NCBI GenBank assembly: GCA_040285855.1
Contig: JAUFOQ010000001.1
Coordinates: forward strand, 2,356,001 to 2,420,000
From: Eukaryota sp. GEM-RC1
Taxonomy: Eukaryota
Length of the DNA: 64,000 nt
Reading direction: 5' to 3'
Positions 13,677-24,843 of the stretch are shown piece after piece. Every line of letters starts with the position of its first letter. Within the stretch, counting starts at the first letter, position 1. The position numbers and the translations under genes were made by a program. The notes below the pieces were generated by a model. The model was given only the letters and a program-made list of their open reading frames with translations. It ran no database searches and had not been told where the DNA came from.

Positions 13677-13949
13677 TCAATAAGGAATCACAGGAAAAGA
13701 AATCGAAGGACTAGACAGATCGGTGGAATCATAAGGACCATACAGAGCTACTTGATCACCTCTAAGAAGAACCCCATCGAGAGTCTGAATTTCTGGGGAA
13801 ACTGGGGAGGTTGTACTGGAAAAAAGAAGCAGTTTGGTCTGTTGAAGAAGCATATTTGCATTGGAGTCAGTGCCTTTAAAGATGCCACAATAAGTACTTC
13901 CATCGGTAGTGAAAACTAAGATCTTTTCGTTGATAAGTTCGTCAGTCAT
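13677..13949 (-). CDS. LSM8: Sm-like protein, LSm8-like
   Basis: 90 aa. Sm1 motif (KILVFTTDGSTYCGIFKGTDSNANMLL) and Sm2 motif (VLLRGDQVALYG). Subtype is tentative. Confidence 0.75.
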   Translation of the reverse strand: MTDELINEKILVFTTDGSTYCGIFKGTDSNANMLLQQTKLLLFSSTTSPVSPEIQTLDGVLLRGDQVALYGPYDSTDLSSPSISFPVIPY

Positions 13950-13998
13950 TTGAAGCGAAAATCAAAAGACAAAACTTTTCCACCTCCAAACTCAGCAA

Positions 13999-14859
13999 AT
14001 GCTTCGAAGAACTATTCGACAACGAAAAGAATATCTTTATCGCAAAACTGTACAAAAGGAAACTCAACAAGATCTTGTGAACAAAACAAAAATCCGAAAA
14101 GCACTTGCTGACGGACAGAGAATCCCTACAGAACTCCGGGACTCTGCTGTATCTCTTAAAGAACAAATCATCGCTGAAGATGACGAAACTATGAAAGGAT
14201 CTTTCCTTGACGACGAATATAGCACAGCAACATACCGTGATCCCAAAATTCTCTTAACTACTTCTCGAGCTCCCAGTACTCGTCTTCTACAGTTTGCAAA
14301 GGAATTACGTATCATCTTTCCTAATGCTGAACGTGTCAATCGTGGTACAACTACAGTCAAGGAGTTAATCGAAGTAAGTAGACGTCATGACGTGTCAGAT
14401 CTACTTATTGTTCACGAAACCAGAGGAGAACCTGATGGCCTCATTGTTTCTCATATGCCTCACGGACCTACCGCTTTCTTCTCCCTCTCCAATGCTGTTC
14501 TCCGTCACGATGTCCCTGATGTTCAACCAATGTCAGAGGCTGCCCCTCACTTAATCTTTGATAAGCTCACTTCAACTCTTGGACTTCGAGTGACTAATAT
14601 TCTGAAGCACCTGTTCCCAGCTCCCAAGGACGATTCAAAACGTGTCATCACCTTTGCCAACACAGGCGACTTTATTACCTTCAGACATCATACATACACT
14701 CAGGAGAAAGACAGGATTGAGCTAGCTGAAGCTGGTCCTCGTTTTGTAATGAGACCGTATAAAATCCTTTTGGGATCACTAGAGATGGATGAAGCTGAAG
14801 TTGAGTTTGCGTTGAGGCCTTTCATGAATTCATCTAGAAAACGTACGTTTTTGTCATAG
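13999..14859 (+). CDS. IMP4: U3 snoRNP protein IMP4 (Brix domain)
   Basis: MLRRTIRQRKEYLYRK start, DDEY..DPKILLTTSR, VHETRGEPDGL, LAEAGPRF. Confidence 0.97.
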   Translation: MLRRTIRQRKEYLYRKTVQKETQQDLVNKTKIRKALADGQRIPTELRDSAVSLKEQIIAEDDETMKGSFLDDEYSTATYRDPKILLTTSRAPSTRLLQFAKELRIIFPNAERVNRGTTTVKELIEVSRRHDVSDLLIVHETRGEPDGLIVSHMPHGPTAFFSLSNAVLRHDVPDVQPMSEAAPHLIFDKLTSTLGLRVTNILKHLFPAPKDDSKRVITFANTGDFITFRHHTYTQEKDRIELAEAGPRFVMRPYKILLGSLEMDEAEVEFALRPFMNSSRKRTFLS

Positions 14860-14992
14860 GATTTAGTTTTTTTGTTTTAGTTTTGTTTTTAGCCTTCACG
14901 TAGCTTTTTTAATCTATTTATTGGATTAGTTTTTCAATTTTTATCAAATCATGAAATGTAGATCATACATGTACTTCAATGTCTTTGCTGCT

Positions 14993-15436
14993 TCATCCAA
15001 GAGGATTTTTCCTGAAATGGATATGTATGAGATCGTTGAACAGAATTTTGAGTTCTTCAACTAATTCAAAGAACACAAACAGACCTTGTTGGTCATCACA
15101 AGATTCGATTTCGTAAACAGTGTTGATCTTGGTTGTCACAAAACAGATACGCTTATCACCCATAACAATTTCTAGTTCCGTTTTTCCAACTCGATCTGGT
15201 CTTGGCCATAGTGAATCTTTGTGGTTAACTATGTGAGATTCAACAATCATATTTCTTATAAATCGTACAACAGGTTCGGACAATTGTACCTCTCGTAGAA
15301 TAGGTTCTTCACGCTTATAGCCAGAGTTGTTACGATAAAGCAAGTTACCATTATCACGCAGTTCAAACTCAATAAACTCGTGTCCTACAGATGTTCCAGT
15401 GTGGCCTAAGTAAAGCCGGCAGAAGAAGTCATCCAT
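14993..15436 (-). CDS. MAGOH: Mago nashi (exon junction complex core)
   Basis: From the ATG at 15436: YLGH..GHEFIEFELR..YRNNSGYK..WPRPDRVGKTELEI..HFR. Confidence 0.93.
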   Translation of the reverse strand: MDDFFCRLYLGHTGTSVGHEFIEFELRDNGNLLYRNNSGYKREEPILREVQLSEPVVRFIRNMIVESHIVNHKDSLWPRPDRVGKTELEIVMGDKRICFVTTKINTVYEIESCDDQQGLFVFFELVEELKILFNDLIHIHFRKNPLG

Positions 15437-15505
15437 TAAAAGGAAATGCCTTTCAAAGGACAATTCAATTCAACAAACACTACTCAAACAATCCTTCCTT
15501 AACTA

Positions 15506-16966
15506 ATGGTACTCAACGAACTTGGTTCCCGCATCTCTGATGCTATTCATAGAATGCAGCAAAGTGCAGTTATAGATTCTGGTGTTGTGAATGACATGCT
15601 TAAAGAAATCGGAAATGCTCTTATATCGTCTGATGTTAATCCTAAAACAGTGATAGAACTACGTAAAAAAGTGAAAGAATCGGTTGATCTTGACCAACTT
15701 GCGGCTGGTATCAACCGTCGTAAACTTCTCCAACAAGCAGTAGTTGAAGCTCTAATCTCTCTACTAGATCCTCAAACCAAACCCTTTCAACCAACCAAAG
15801 GTAGATCAAATGTTGTAATGTTTGTTGGTCTCCAAGGTTCTGGTAAAACCACTACTTGTACAAAATACGCTGCCTACTGGAAGAAGAAAGGTTGGAAAGT
15901 TGCTCTAGTCTGTGCTGATACCTTCAGAGCTGGAGCTTTCGATCAGCTGAAACAAAACGCCACACGTGTTGGTATTCCTTTCTACGGCTCTTACAGTGAA
16001 ACAGATCCTGTCAAAATAGCAGCAGATGGTGTAGCAACCTTTAAAAAGGAGAAGTTCGACATCATTATTGTTGATACATCTGGCCGTCATAAACAAGAGG
16101 TAGCTCTCTTTGATGAAATGGAACAGGTATCAAGAACTGTTCAACCTGACGATCATATCTTTATCCTTGATGCTTCCATTGGTCAATCTGCTTATGATCA
16201 AGCTGTTGCTTTTAAAGAACGTGTTGCTGTTGGTTCAGTTATTATTACTAAGCTTGACGGTCATGCCAAGGGTGGTGGTGCCCTCTCTGCTGTAGCTGCA
16301 ACTAAAGCTCCTATTACTTTTATAGGAACTGGCGAAGGATTTGAAAATTTTGAAGTTTTTAAAGCTGATTCTTTTGTTTCTAGGCTTTTGGGTTATGGAG
16401 ATATTGAAAGTTTTGTTCGAACGATACAAGAGTCTGGGCTTGATACAGAAGAAACAACAGAGGCTTTTGAACGTTTAACTCAAGGAGAGTTTTCTTTTAG
16501 AGATTTACGAGATCAATTTGAAAATTTAGGAAAAATGAATTTATCGTCGATGCTGAGTTATATTCCTGGTTTGGGCAACCTAATACCAAGTGGTTCAGAA
16601 GAAGATGGAAAGAAAAGGCTACATCGATTTACTGTAATTATGGACTCAATGACTGAGAAAGAATTAGATTCTCCAAAGTTATTTGAGAAACAGAATCCAT
16701 CTGCTGCTAGTAGGATCAATAGAATAGCAAAAGGAAGTGGATCTACTGTGAAGGAGGTGGCGCAGCTAGTGACTGAGTTTAAGAAGTTAGCCAAGATGGG
16801 GAGTAAGATGAAGGGACTAACGAATATGGGAGGTGGACAGATGAACCCTAGGAATATGCAGTCAATGATGCAAGGGTTGGATCCTCGAATGTTACAGAGT
16901 TTAGGAGGTGCAGGGAATATTCAGAAAATGATGAAGCAAATGGGAGGAAAGTTTCCTGGGATGTAG
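15506..16966 (+). CDS. SRP54: Signal recognition particle 54 kDa subunit
   Basis: MVLNELG start, GLQGSGKTT, DTFRAGA, DTSGRH, TKLDGHAKGGG, Met-rich M domain. Intact 486 aa. Confidence 0.98.
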   Translation: MVLNELGSRISDAIHRMQQSAVIDSGVVNDMLKEIGNALISSDVNPKTVIELRKKVKESVDLDQLAAGINRRKLLQQAVVEALISLLDPQTKPFQPTKGRSNVVMFVGLQGSGKTTTCTKYAAYWKKKGWKVALVCADTFRAGAFDQLKQNATRVGIPFYGSYSETDPVKIAADGVATFKKEKFDIIIVDTSGRHKQEVALFDEMEQVSRTVQPDDHIFILDASIGQSAYDQAVAFKERVAVGSVIITKLDGHAKGGGALSAVAATKAPITFIGTGEGFENFEVFKADSFVSRLLGYGDIESFVRTIQESGLDTEETTEAFERLTQGEFSFRDLRDQFENLGKMNLSSMLSYIPGLGNLIPSGSEEDGKKRLHRFTVIMDSMTEKELDSPKLFEKQNPSAASRINRIAKGSGSTVKEVAQLVTEFKKLAKMGSKMKGLTNMGGGQMNPRNMQSMMQGLDPRMLQSLGGAGNIQKMMKQMGGKFPGM

Positions 16967-17080
16967 TGGTTTGATTGTAGATTTATTGACTGTGATTATA
17001 AACGTCACGTGTTTGTGAACTTTTTGTCTTTTATTATTTGTATGGAAAGAATTGTCCTATTTTAAATCTATGGTATTAAT

Positions 17081-17577
17081 TAGGGTTGTCAACGACTCAA
17101 GTCGAGTGACTTGACTTGTAAATTCCCAAGTCGACTAGAGCAAAATGACTTGACTTGTTTATTAACGTGGGTGTGAGTGCTGATAGAAGTACATCATTAA
17201 CCAATGCTCATCAATTTATTAGTTTAAATAAGTAAAAAAGATACACATAGACTGTAGTACTAGACCACAACTTCACCAATATTCTGACCAACGTCTTCGT
17301 CTTCGTCGTCACTACGGACTTCTAAGATATCATAACCCTTTTCAGAGAAAAGCGACAATTTGGCATCTTGATTCACGATGTCTGATTTATATACTAGTTA
17401 TTTAAAAAGTTGCAGTATTTGAGCATCTTACACTGATATTCAGTTGCCCGCCGTCTATAAAAAAGCGACATTACTTACAAGTCAAGTCGTCTTGACTTTG
17501 ACTTGAGTCAAATGGGAAAAAATGACTTGACTCAACTCGATCGACTTGCAACTTGAGTCAAGTAATTGGCAACCCTA
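17081..17577. mobile_element. Non-autonomous hAT-type MITE (497 bp)
   Basis: TIR TAGGGTTG..CAACCCTA, perfect 8-bp TSD GTATTAAT, subterminal GACTTGA/TCAAGTC repeats. Confidence 0.92.
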
Positions 17578-17879
17578 GTATTAATTCACTGTTGATACAT
17601 TGATTCAAGTGGTCTGAAAACTATAAAGACGACAGCGGGGTGGGGGAGAAAAACAAGCTCGGAAGTTCCTCGCGGGTAACCAGAAATCTAGATTAACTCT
17701 ATTAGTTTCTGTGTAACATTTCCAGAATAACTATAGTATAAAGTTGATACACCAAGTAGAACTAGCCTAAGACTCGTGAAGATATTCCTAGCTTTTCTAG
17801 GCCAAATGTGTTTTAAACATTGACCAATGATACTGTTAAGTACACGAAACAAAGTTTGTTCGCTGCTTTTTTGTAATAC

Positions 17880-18620
17880 ATAGTGGACCTTCTGATTTAT
17901 TTCTCAATTTCTGAAGGTGTTTGGATTACATTTATCTGATGAATCTTGGATGATCAACAGGTATTTTCGTTTGGCTATTTCCCCTGCAAATTAATTAAAA
18001 TATTCAACTTGCTCATGTGGCGCTAATGGTTTTTTCATCATTTATTCAATTACCGCTTTTTATCCATCTTCGTTCAGTTATTCATGATGGTGTACGTGAT
18101 TCTTGTTATTCCACATTTAAAACACATGGCTTTCACTCTAAAGTTGAACCAGTTTTGAATCACCTTTTTCAAAATGAATTTTCAAATCAACAGAGAGGGT
18201 ATCTCCATACTCCGTGGCTTATATCGAGTCAATCGTAGTTAATGATTCATTAATATATTTTACCACAGTAGATTTTAGTCAAATCTTGTGTTAGTAGAAG
18301 ATTTTATTCTTCTTTTAATCCATTAACAACTGCTGAAAATATCAAAAGTTCCAAGTTTGACTCTTAAATAGAAGAGTTGAATCGAAAGTCATATTACAAA
18401 CTTGTGTTTCAACCTTTTGCCTTTTTCTCTTTTTGAATCGATTAGTACTGCTGGATTTAGAAGAACTGAACTGTGTAAGGAAAAGAGGCGTAAGTTTAGA
18501 ACGACTAAATGAAAATCCGTTCTGTGTTTTCCCTATATATAAATGTGCATTTCTATTTCGTTTCTTTCGTTGAGAAACTGTACAAAATTGGTGTGAACGT
18601 TACTGTTGAACAACTTTATC
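17880..18620 (+). mobile_element. Decayed RLE retrotransposon 3' region
   Basis: HDGVRD..FHSKVEP..QRG, TTVD, AE..K and QPFA motifs with stops and frameshifts. Duplicated at ~25150-25880. Confidence 0.7.
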
Positions 18621-19193
18621 TTTTGCTAGATTGGAATGAAGTCGTTTATATTTAGTCTCAGCATGATTTGTATATTTCGCAAATTCATATTTTTGTAGGA
18701 ATATTACCGTTTTTGATACCGAATAAAGTAACAGTTCGATGAAAACAGTAGCAGTAATTGCATGTACTCAATGTAATCAATTCCTATTGTACACGTTTAC
18801 AACATATGCAAATTCAAATATTGATAAATAAAATAACCGGGAATAGTTCTTGTCGATTACCTTCGTACAGTGAAGATTATATAAACGAGGATTAAAAGAA
18901 ATGCAGTCTGATTTTCATTGAAGAAACTACTGATTGTTGATTCGGAGTACGTGTTTAAATACATGCTTCTTAAGAATGATGACGTGCATTCTACGTGGCG
19001 TAATGTCAAAACGAAATAGATTATTGCAACTACCAACCCTGTTAGTGACTATCCTGATTTCTGTTATTAATAGCAAACAGCACGTCTAGACATCGACTTC
19101 CATTATTTGATGTTTTTTTCTCAGACTATCTTCAGAATTCACAAAATACTGTTATTCGCTGCTTTAAATGAAAAGACTGAACTGTTATCAACT

Positions 19194-19727
19194 TTATTCA
19201 ACTATTTCAAGTTCATGATCACTATAGGATAACAAAGCATACAAATAATAATTACCGCAACGTAATCTGGGAAGAGTTCCAGTAAGAAGAAATGTCGAAT
19301 TACTCACCGATTTGATTGTTATAGTAAAGTCCGTGAGATTTACATTGATTTCAAGTAATTCACCAGGGTTCCACTTGGCCTTATATCCTGAGAGACCACC
19401 CGAAACGAAACCTGCATTGGCAATACAGTAAGTATCAACTCTACAACCACCTTCAACATTAAACTTTGATTCGTCAATGACTCCAACCCAAGGACCATTA
19501 GTATCCCCCTGATACCTCAACTTCCAAGTGTAATCATTACGTGGAAGAAGAGGATTTTCTCCCAATATATGTCTAGCTCCTCCGAAATCAAGACTTCCAT
19601 AAACAACTCTCTTTCGATCCTCACTAACTTGCATTTGGGGATGTTTCTTAGTTGGGGAGAATCTAATCACTTTGATATGGTTTCGATACAGAGGGAAGGT
19701 TCATTGAGGGGGAAGGGAAAACGACAT
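19194..19727 (-). pseudogene. SPRY-only mini-gene, duplication copy A
   Basis: Same as 26458-26991 except two homopolymer length differences that create an early TGA, possibly sequencing errors. Confidence 0.75.
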
Positions 19728-19880
19728 CAGAAGAAAAGCAAAGATAATCTTTTGTTAATCACATCTCAACAACAAAACAGTGACATCGTACCTCTGTCAT
19801 TCATCCTACACCTGCTCATCATATCCAATGATTCTATCTTTTGTACTCTATTACTTTCGACTAAGAACAGAGTTCTAGTT

Positions 19881-19977
19881 TAGGACTTATCCAAATAAGG
19901 ATAAGACTAGTGTGGGTAAAACTAGGCATTTGTTTAGTACTTTTGTACAACAAATTTATGATAAATTCTATGTGTAA
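19881..19977 (+). pseudogene. 3' terminal fragment of the beta-lactamase-fold gene
   Basis: Matches 52050-52146 (RTYPNKDKTSVGKTRHLFSTFVQQIYDKFYV*). A second copy lies at 27145-27241. Confidence 0.9.
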
Positions 19978-20158
19978 TTGTTTTTATTTGTGTAGAATAT
20001 TGAAATAACAATAATCTAGTACGATTTTCTGCTAGCATTGAGACTATTGAAAATTGAGGTGATGTCTTCTATTTGAATCAGCTTCAGAATTTATAAATTA
20101 ATTGGAATTTCGTTTTGAATGCGGAGACTTACAAAAAGTAATGAGAATGTTATCAATT

Positions 20159-21681
20159 TTATTCAACGATTTCAATCACATGATCACTATGCCATAACAA
20201 AGCATATGGATAATAATTACCACTACTTAATCTGGGAAGAGTTCCAGTAAGATTAATTGAAGAATTACTCACGGATTTGATTGTTAAAGTGTGGTTAATG
20301 AGATTTACATTGATTTCGAGTAATTCACCAGGATTCCACTGAGTTTTGTTTCCTGAGAGACAACCCCAAACATGATTACTATTGACAAAACCGTGAGCAT
20401 TCTCATAACAACGACCTTCAACACTAAACTTTGACTCGTCAATGACTGCAACAAAAAGATTACTAGTATGCCCCTGGTACCTCAACTTCCAAGTATACTC
20501 ATTACCTGGAAGAAGTGGATCTTCTCCCAAGATATTTCTATCCACAATACCACCACTTCCAATAACAACTCTCTTTCTATCCCCACTAACTTGTAACTGA
20601 GAATGTTTCTTAGTTGGGCAGAATCTAATCACTTTTGATTGAGGAACTGATTGAGACACCACTTGAGTTTCTGTAGTTGTCTTTTTAAGTTGTTCAATTT
20701 CTTGTTTTAGTTTAGCAATTTCGTAAGAGTTTTTAGTGGTTAAATTCTGAATATCAGTTGTTAAACTAGAAATTTGCCCAGATAAATCAGAATTGTTTGT
20801 CTTCAATTGCGAGTTTTCTGCCTTCAAGTCATGAATTTCCGTTTTTAAATCAGTAGTAAGTGAGTAAAAGGCAGAATTGTTGTTTTCTAAATGCGAACAT
20901 TTGGTCGTTAATTCAGAAACTTCCTTCACCAACGAATCAAAATAAAGATTCTTAACTCTTGTAAACAAAAACTTCATCAAATCGGCTTCCAATTCTTCAA
21001 CATTTTTTAAAGGTACAAACAGAAACTCATCCCATTGTTGAAAAGAAAAGGCTTCAATTGAGCAAGAATTGAGGATATTTAGAAACTCATTCAAATCAAA
21101 ACTTTGATTCAACACTGATTCCACCATTGATTTGATGAACCAAGATTGAGATTGAGTGGAAGTGCAGAATTTTGAAAGTGTTTGTAACCCTTCAGTAGTG
21201 ATTGCCATCACGTCATCAATCAGAAGGTCGACAACCTTGGAAAGAAAGGACCAGCGAATTCCAGAGCTCTCAAGTCATTTCTTTCATCTGCTTCTATAAT
21301 GAATGGGTTTAACCAAGCCCATGTTACGAGATGAGTGTTGAGGTGGTTTTCCACGTGGTCAATCAGTTCGTCCACTTGGAAATAGTGGACGAGATAGAAG
21401 AAGTCGTAAGCATTACTCTCCACGAGGGTGAAAGATCGTCCGAAGAAGGACTTGATGAAGGCAAGAAAGTTGTTAGAATCAACAGGGAGATGTGAGAAGT
21501 CGATTGGGTTTTCGTCTCTATCACCAAACTCCAAGAACCAAAGAGACCGAAAGTAGGTAGAATGAGCAGCAAGGATGACTCTGTGTACTTCAATAGACTC
21601 TTCTCCAAATGTAATGGTTTGATTACAGAGGCAAGGTTCATTGAGGATGATAGACTCTGCGGGGGAAAGGGAAAATGACAT
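20159..21681 (-). CDS. BTB-BACK-coiled-coil-PRY/SPRY protein (one 1-nt frameshift in an A/T run near 21241)
   Basis: BTB motif VHRVILAAHSTYFRSL, 9 heptads, SPRY (YTWKL..VIDE..YYPY). The single homopolymer frameshift may be an error. Confidence 0.85.
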
Positions 21682-21747
21682 GATATATCAATGTAAGAGG
21701 AGATGGGAAATGGTTCGGTTAATCCCACCAAAACGATAACATTGTAC

Positions 21748-21966
21748 AAGAAATTTGATTTCAAATTTTGGTTGAATCGTATTGTTTTTACAATATTTAA
21801 AACAATTCCTATCATGATTTCAAAAGCTCTATTAGCTCTCAGTGTTTTTTATGAAGAAAAAGCTGATGTGAGTTTTAATGGCAATGATTGTTGCTTTAAT
21901 GATATTGAATTCTAGTATTTGTGTTTATTTTAATGTTTTTAATAAAGAGAATTATTTAAAAAAAAA
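21748..21966 (+). mobile_element. 5'-truncated retrotransposon insertion with poly(A) tail and TSD
   Basis: Homologous to ~11296-11500, ends in an A run, flanked by (AA)CATTGTAC at 21740-21747 and 21967-21974. Absent from the paralogous promoter at ~45420-45450. Confidence 0.85.
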
Positions 21967-21974
21967 CATTGTAC

Positions 21975-22444
21975 CAGTGTTTGAAAACCACCCGGGTGGA
22001 AATGAAAACCACCCGGGTGCCACCAGTGCCACCCACCACCCGGGTGGCGTCTGGGTGGTACTGGGTGGATAATTTTGGTCTTACCATCATCTTCAATCCA
22101 TGACTTCCTGAATACATACTTCGTTGTTCAACGTGTCCTGAATACAATTATTTTAACGGGAGTTATTTCTAGGCTCGGAGAGGCTATTTATTTATTTTTC
22201 AGAGGGTTTTTGTAATCCCAAACCTAAATAAAGTACTTCATTGTTAGTTATTTTATATCACACACTGCTAAAGTACTTTCAGTTTCATTGTATATGGTGT
22301 ATAAAGTAGTTTTTGCACCAAAACTTATGTCTCGTACTTTATTGCCACCCGGTGACCACCCGGGTGGAAATGAAAACCACCCGGACGCCACCCGGTTCCA
22401 CCCACCACCCGGGTGGCGTCCGGGTGGAAAATTTTGGAACACTG
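21975..22444. mobile_element. Non-autonomous hAT-type MITE (470 bp)
   Basis: TIR CAGTGTT(TG/CC)AAAA, 8-bp TSD CATTGTAC, subterminal CACCCGGGTG palindromic repeats at both ends. Confidence 0.92.
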
Positions 22445-22808
22445 CATTGTACTACCATGCTTGTTATTCATCCTACACCTGCTCATCATATCCAATGATT
22501 CTATCTTTTGTACTCTATTACTTTCGACTAAGAACAGAGTTCCATTGCTCTTCCTCTCACCAACACTTCCTTGCACATCGACGTGATGAGGACTCCTTCA
22601 CTAAGGTAAACAATGATTAAATATCCCTGTCTACTTTCTTCACTTTCACTTGATGTTGGTAGTTCCTTCTTTCATTTGAAGCACTTCTCATTGATCTCAT
22701 ATAGACCTAGTAGGCACAACGTAGACTCTTTTGCCTTAAAACCATGGTTTTATGACCGATCCCTTAGTGGTCTACCAATGCTTCTTATCTGTTATTATTG
22801 TATTTTAA

Positions 22809-24233
22809 TGTTATTCATAGAATGCAGCAAAGTGCTGTTATAGATTCTGGTGTTGTGAATGACATGCTTAAAGAAATCGGAAATGCTCTTATATCGTCTG
22901 ATGTTAATCCTAAAACAGTGTTAGAACTACGTAAAAAGTGAAAGAATCGGTTGATCTTGACCAACTTGCGGCTGGTATCAACCGTCGTAAACTTCTCCAA
23001 CAAGCAGTAGTTGAAGCTCTAATCTCTCTACTAGATCCTCAAACCAAACCCTTTCAACCAACCAAAGGTAGATCAAATGTTGTAATGTTTGTTGGTCTCC
23101 AAGGTTCTGGTAATACCACTACTTGTACAAAATACGCTGCCTACTGGAAGAAGAAAGGTTGGAAAGTTGCTCTAGTCTGTGCTGATACCTTCAGAGCTGG
23201 AGCTTTCGATCAGCTGAAACAAAACGCCACACGTGTTGGTATTCCTTTCTACGGCTCTTACAGTGAAACAGACCCTGTCAAAATAGCAGCAGATGGTGTA
23301 GCAACCTTTAAGAAGGAGAAGTTCGACATCATTATTGTTGATACATCTGGCCGTCATAAACAAGAGGTAGCTCTCTTTGATGAAATGGAACAGGTATCAA
23401 GAACTGTTCAACCTGACGATCATATCTTTATCCTTGATGCTTCCATTGGTCAATCTGCTTATGATCAAGCTGTTGCTTTTAAAGAACGTGTTGCTGTTGG
23501 TTCAGTTATTATTACTAAGCTTGACGGTCATGCCAAGGGTGGTGGTGCCCTCTCTGCTGTAGCTGCAACTAAAGCTCCTATTACTTTTATAGGAACTGGC
23601 GAAGGATTTGAAAATTTTGAAGTTTTTAAAGCTGATTCTTTTGTTTCTAGGCTTTTGGGTTATGGAGATATTGAAAGTTTTGTTCGAACGATACAAGAGT
23701 CTGGGCTTGATACAGAAGAAACAACAGAGGCTTTTGAACGTTTAACTCAAGGAGAGTTTTCTTTTAGAGATTTACGAGATCAATTTGAAAATTTAGGAAA
23801 AATGAATTTATCGTCGATGCTGAGTTATATTCCTGGTTTGGGCAACCTAATACCAAGTGGTTCAGAAGAAGATGGAAAGAAAAGGCTACATCGATTTACT
23901 GTAATTATGGACTCAATGACTGAGAAAGAATTAGATTCTCCAAAGTTATTTGAGAAACAGAATCCATCTGCTGCTAGTAGGATCAATAGAATAGCAAAAG
24001 GAAGTGGATCTACTGTGAAGGAGGTGGCGCAGCTAGTGACTGAGTTTAAGAAGTTAGCCAAGATGGGGAGTAAGATGAAGGGACTAACGAATATGGGAGG
24101 TGGACAGATGAACCCTAGGAATATGCAGTCAATGATGCAAGGGTTGGATCCTCGAATGTTACAGAGTTTAGGAGGTGCAGGGAATATTCAGAAAATGATG
24201 AAGCAAATGGGAGGAAAGTTTCCTGGGATGTAG
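22809..24233 (+). pseudogene. SRP54: 5'-truncated SRP54 copy with P-loop K-to-N change
   Basis: Lacks the native ATG and first ~12 codons. A5 instead of A6 at ~22933. GSGKTT becomes GSGNTT (AAA to AAT at 23112-23114). Confidence 0.88.
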
Positions 24234-24346
24234 TGGTTTGATTGTAGATTTATTGACTGTGATTATAAACGTCACGTGTTTGTGAACTTTTGTCTTTTAT
24301 TATTTGTATGGAAAGAATTGTCCTATTTTAAATCTATGGTATTAAT

Positions 24347-24843
24347 TAGGGTTGTCAACGACTCAAGTCGAGTGACTTGACTTGTAAATTCCCAAGTCGA
24401 CTAGAGCAAAATGACTTGACTTGTTTATTAACGTGGGTGTGAGTGCTGATAGAAGTACATCATTAACCAATGCTCATCAATTTATTAGTTTAAATAAGTA
24501 AAAAAGATACACATAGACTGTAGTACTAGACCACAACTTCACCAATATTCTGACCAACGTCTTCGTCTTCGTCGTCACTACGGACTTCTAAGATATCATA
24601 ACCCTTTTCAGAGAAAAGCGACAATTTGGCATCTTGATTCACGATGTCTGATTTATATACTAGTTATTTAAAAAGTTGCAGTATTTGAGCATCTTACACT
24701 GATATTCAGTTGCCCGCCCTCTATAAAAAAGCGACATTACTTACAAGTCAAGTCGTCTTGACTTTGACTTGAGTCAAATGGGAAAAAATGACTTGACTCA
24801 ACTCGATCGACTTGCAACTTGAGTCAAGTAATTGGCAACCCTA
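24347..24843. mobile_element. hAT-type MITE, duplicate of 17081-17577
   Basis: Same TIRs and the same GTATTAAT TSD, copied with the segmental duplication. Confidence 0.92.

Larger units (their letters stand above)
15541..20370 (+). repeat. Segmental duplication, copy A (~4.8 kb)
   Basis: Near-identical to 22809-~27635, offset ~7.27 kb. Confidence 0.95.

Noticed and set aside
21975..22444. CRISPR-like array or GC-rich ORFs in the CACCCGGGTG repeats
   Set aside because: Spacing is irregular, the repeats are bounded by TIRs and an 8-bp TSD, and there are no cas genes. They are MITE subterminal repeats.
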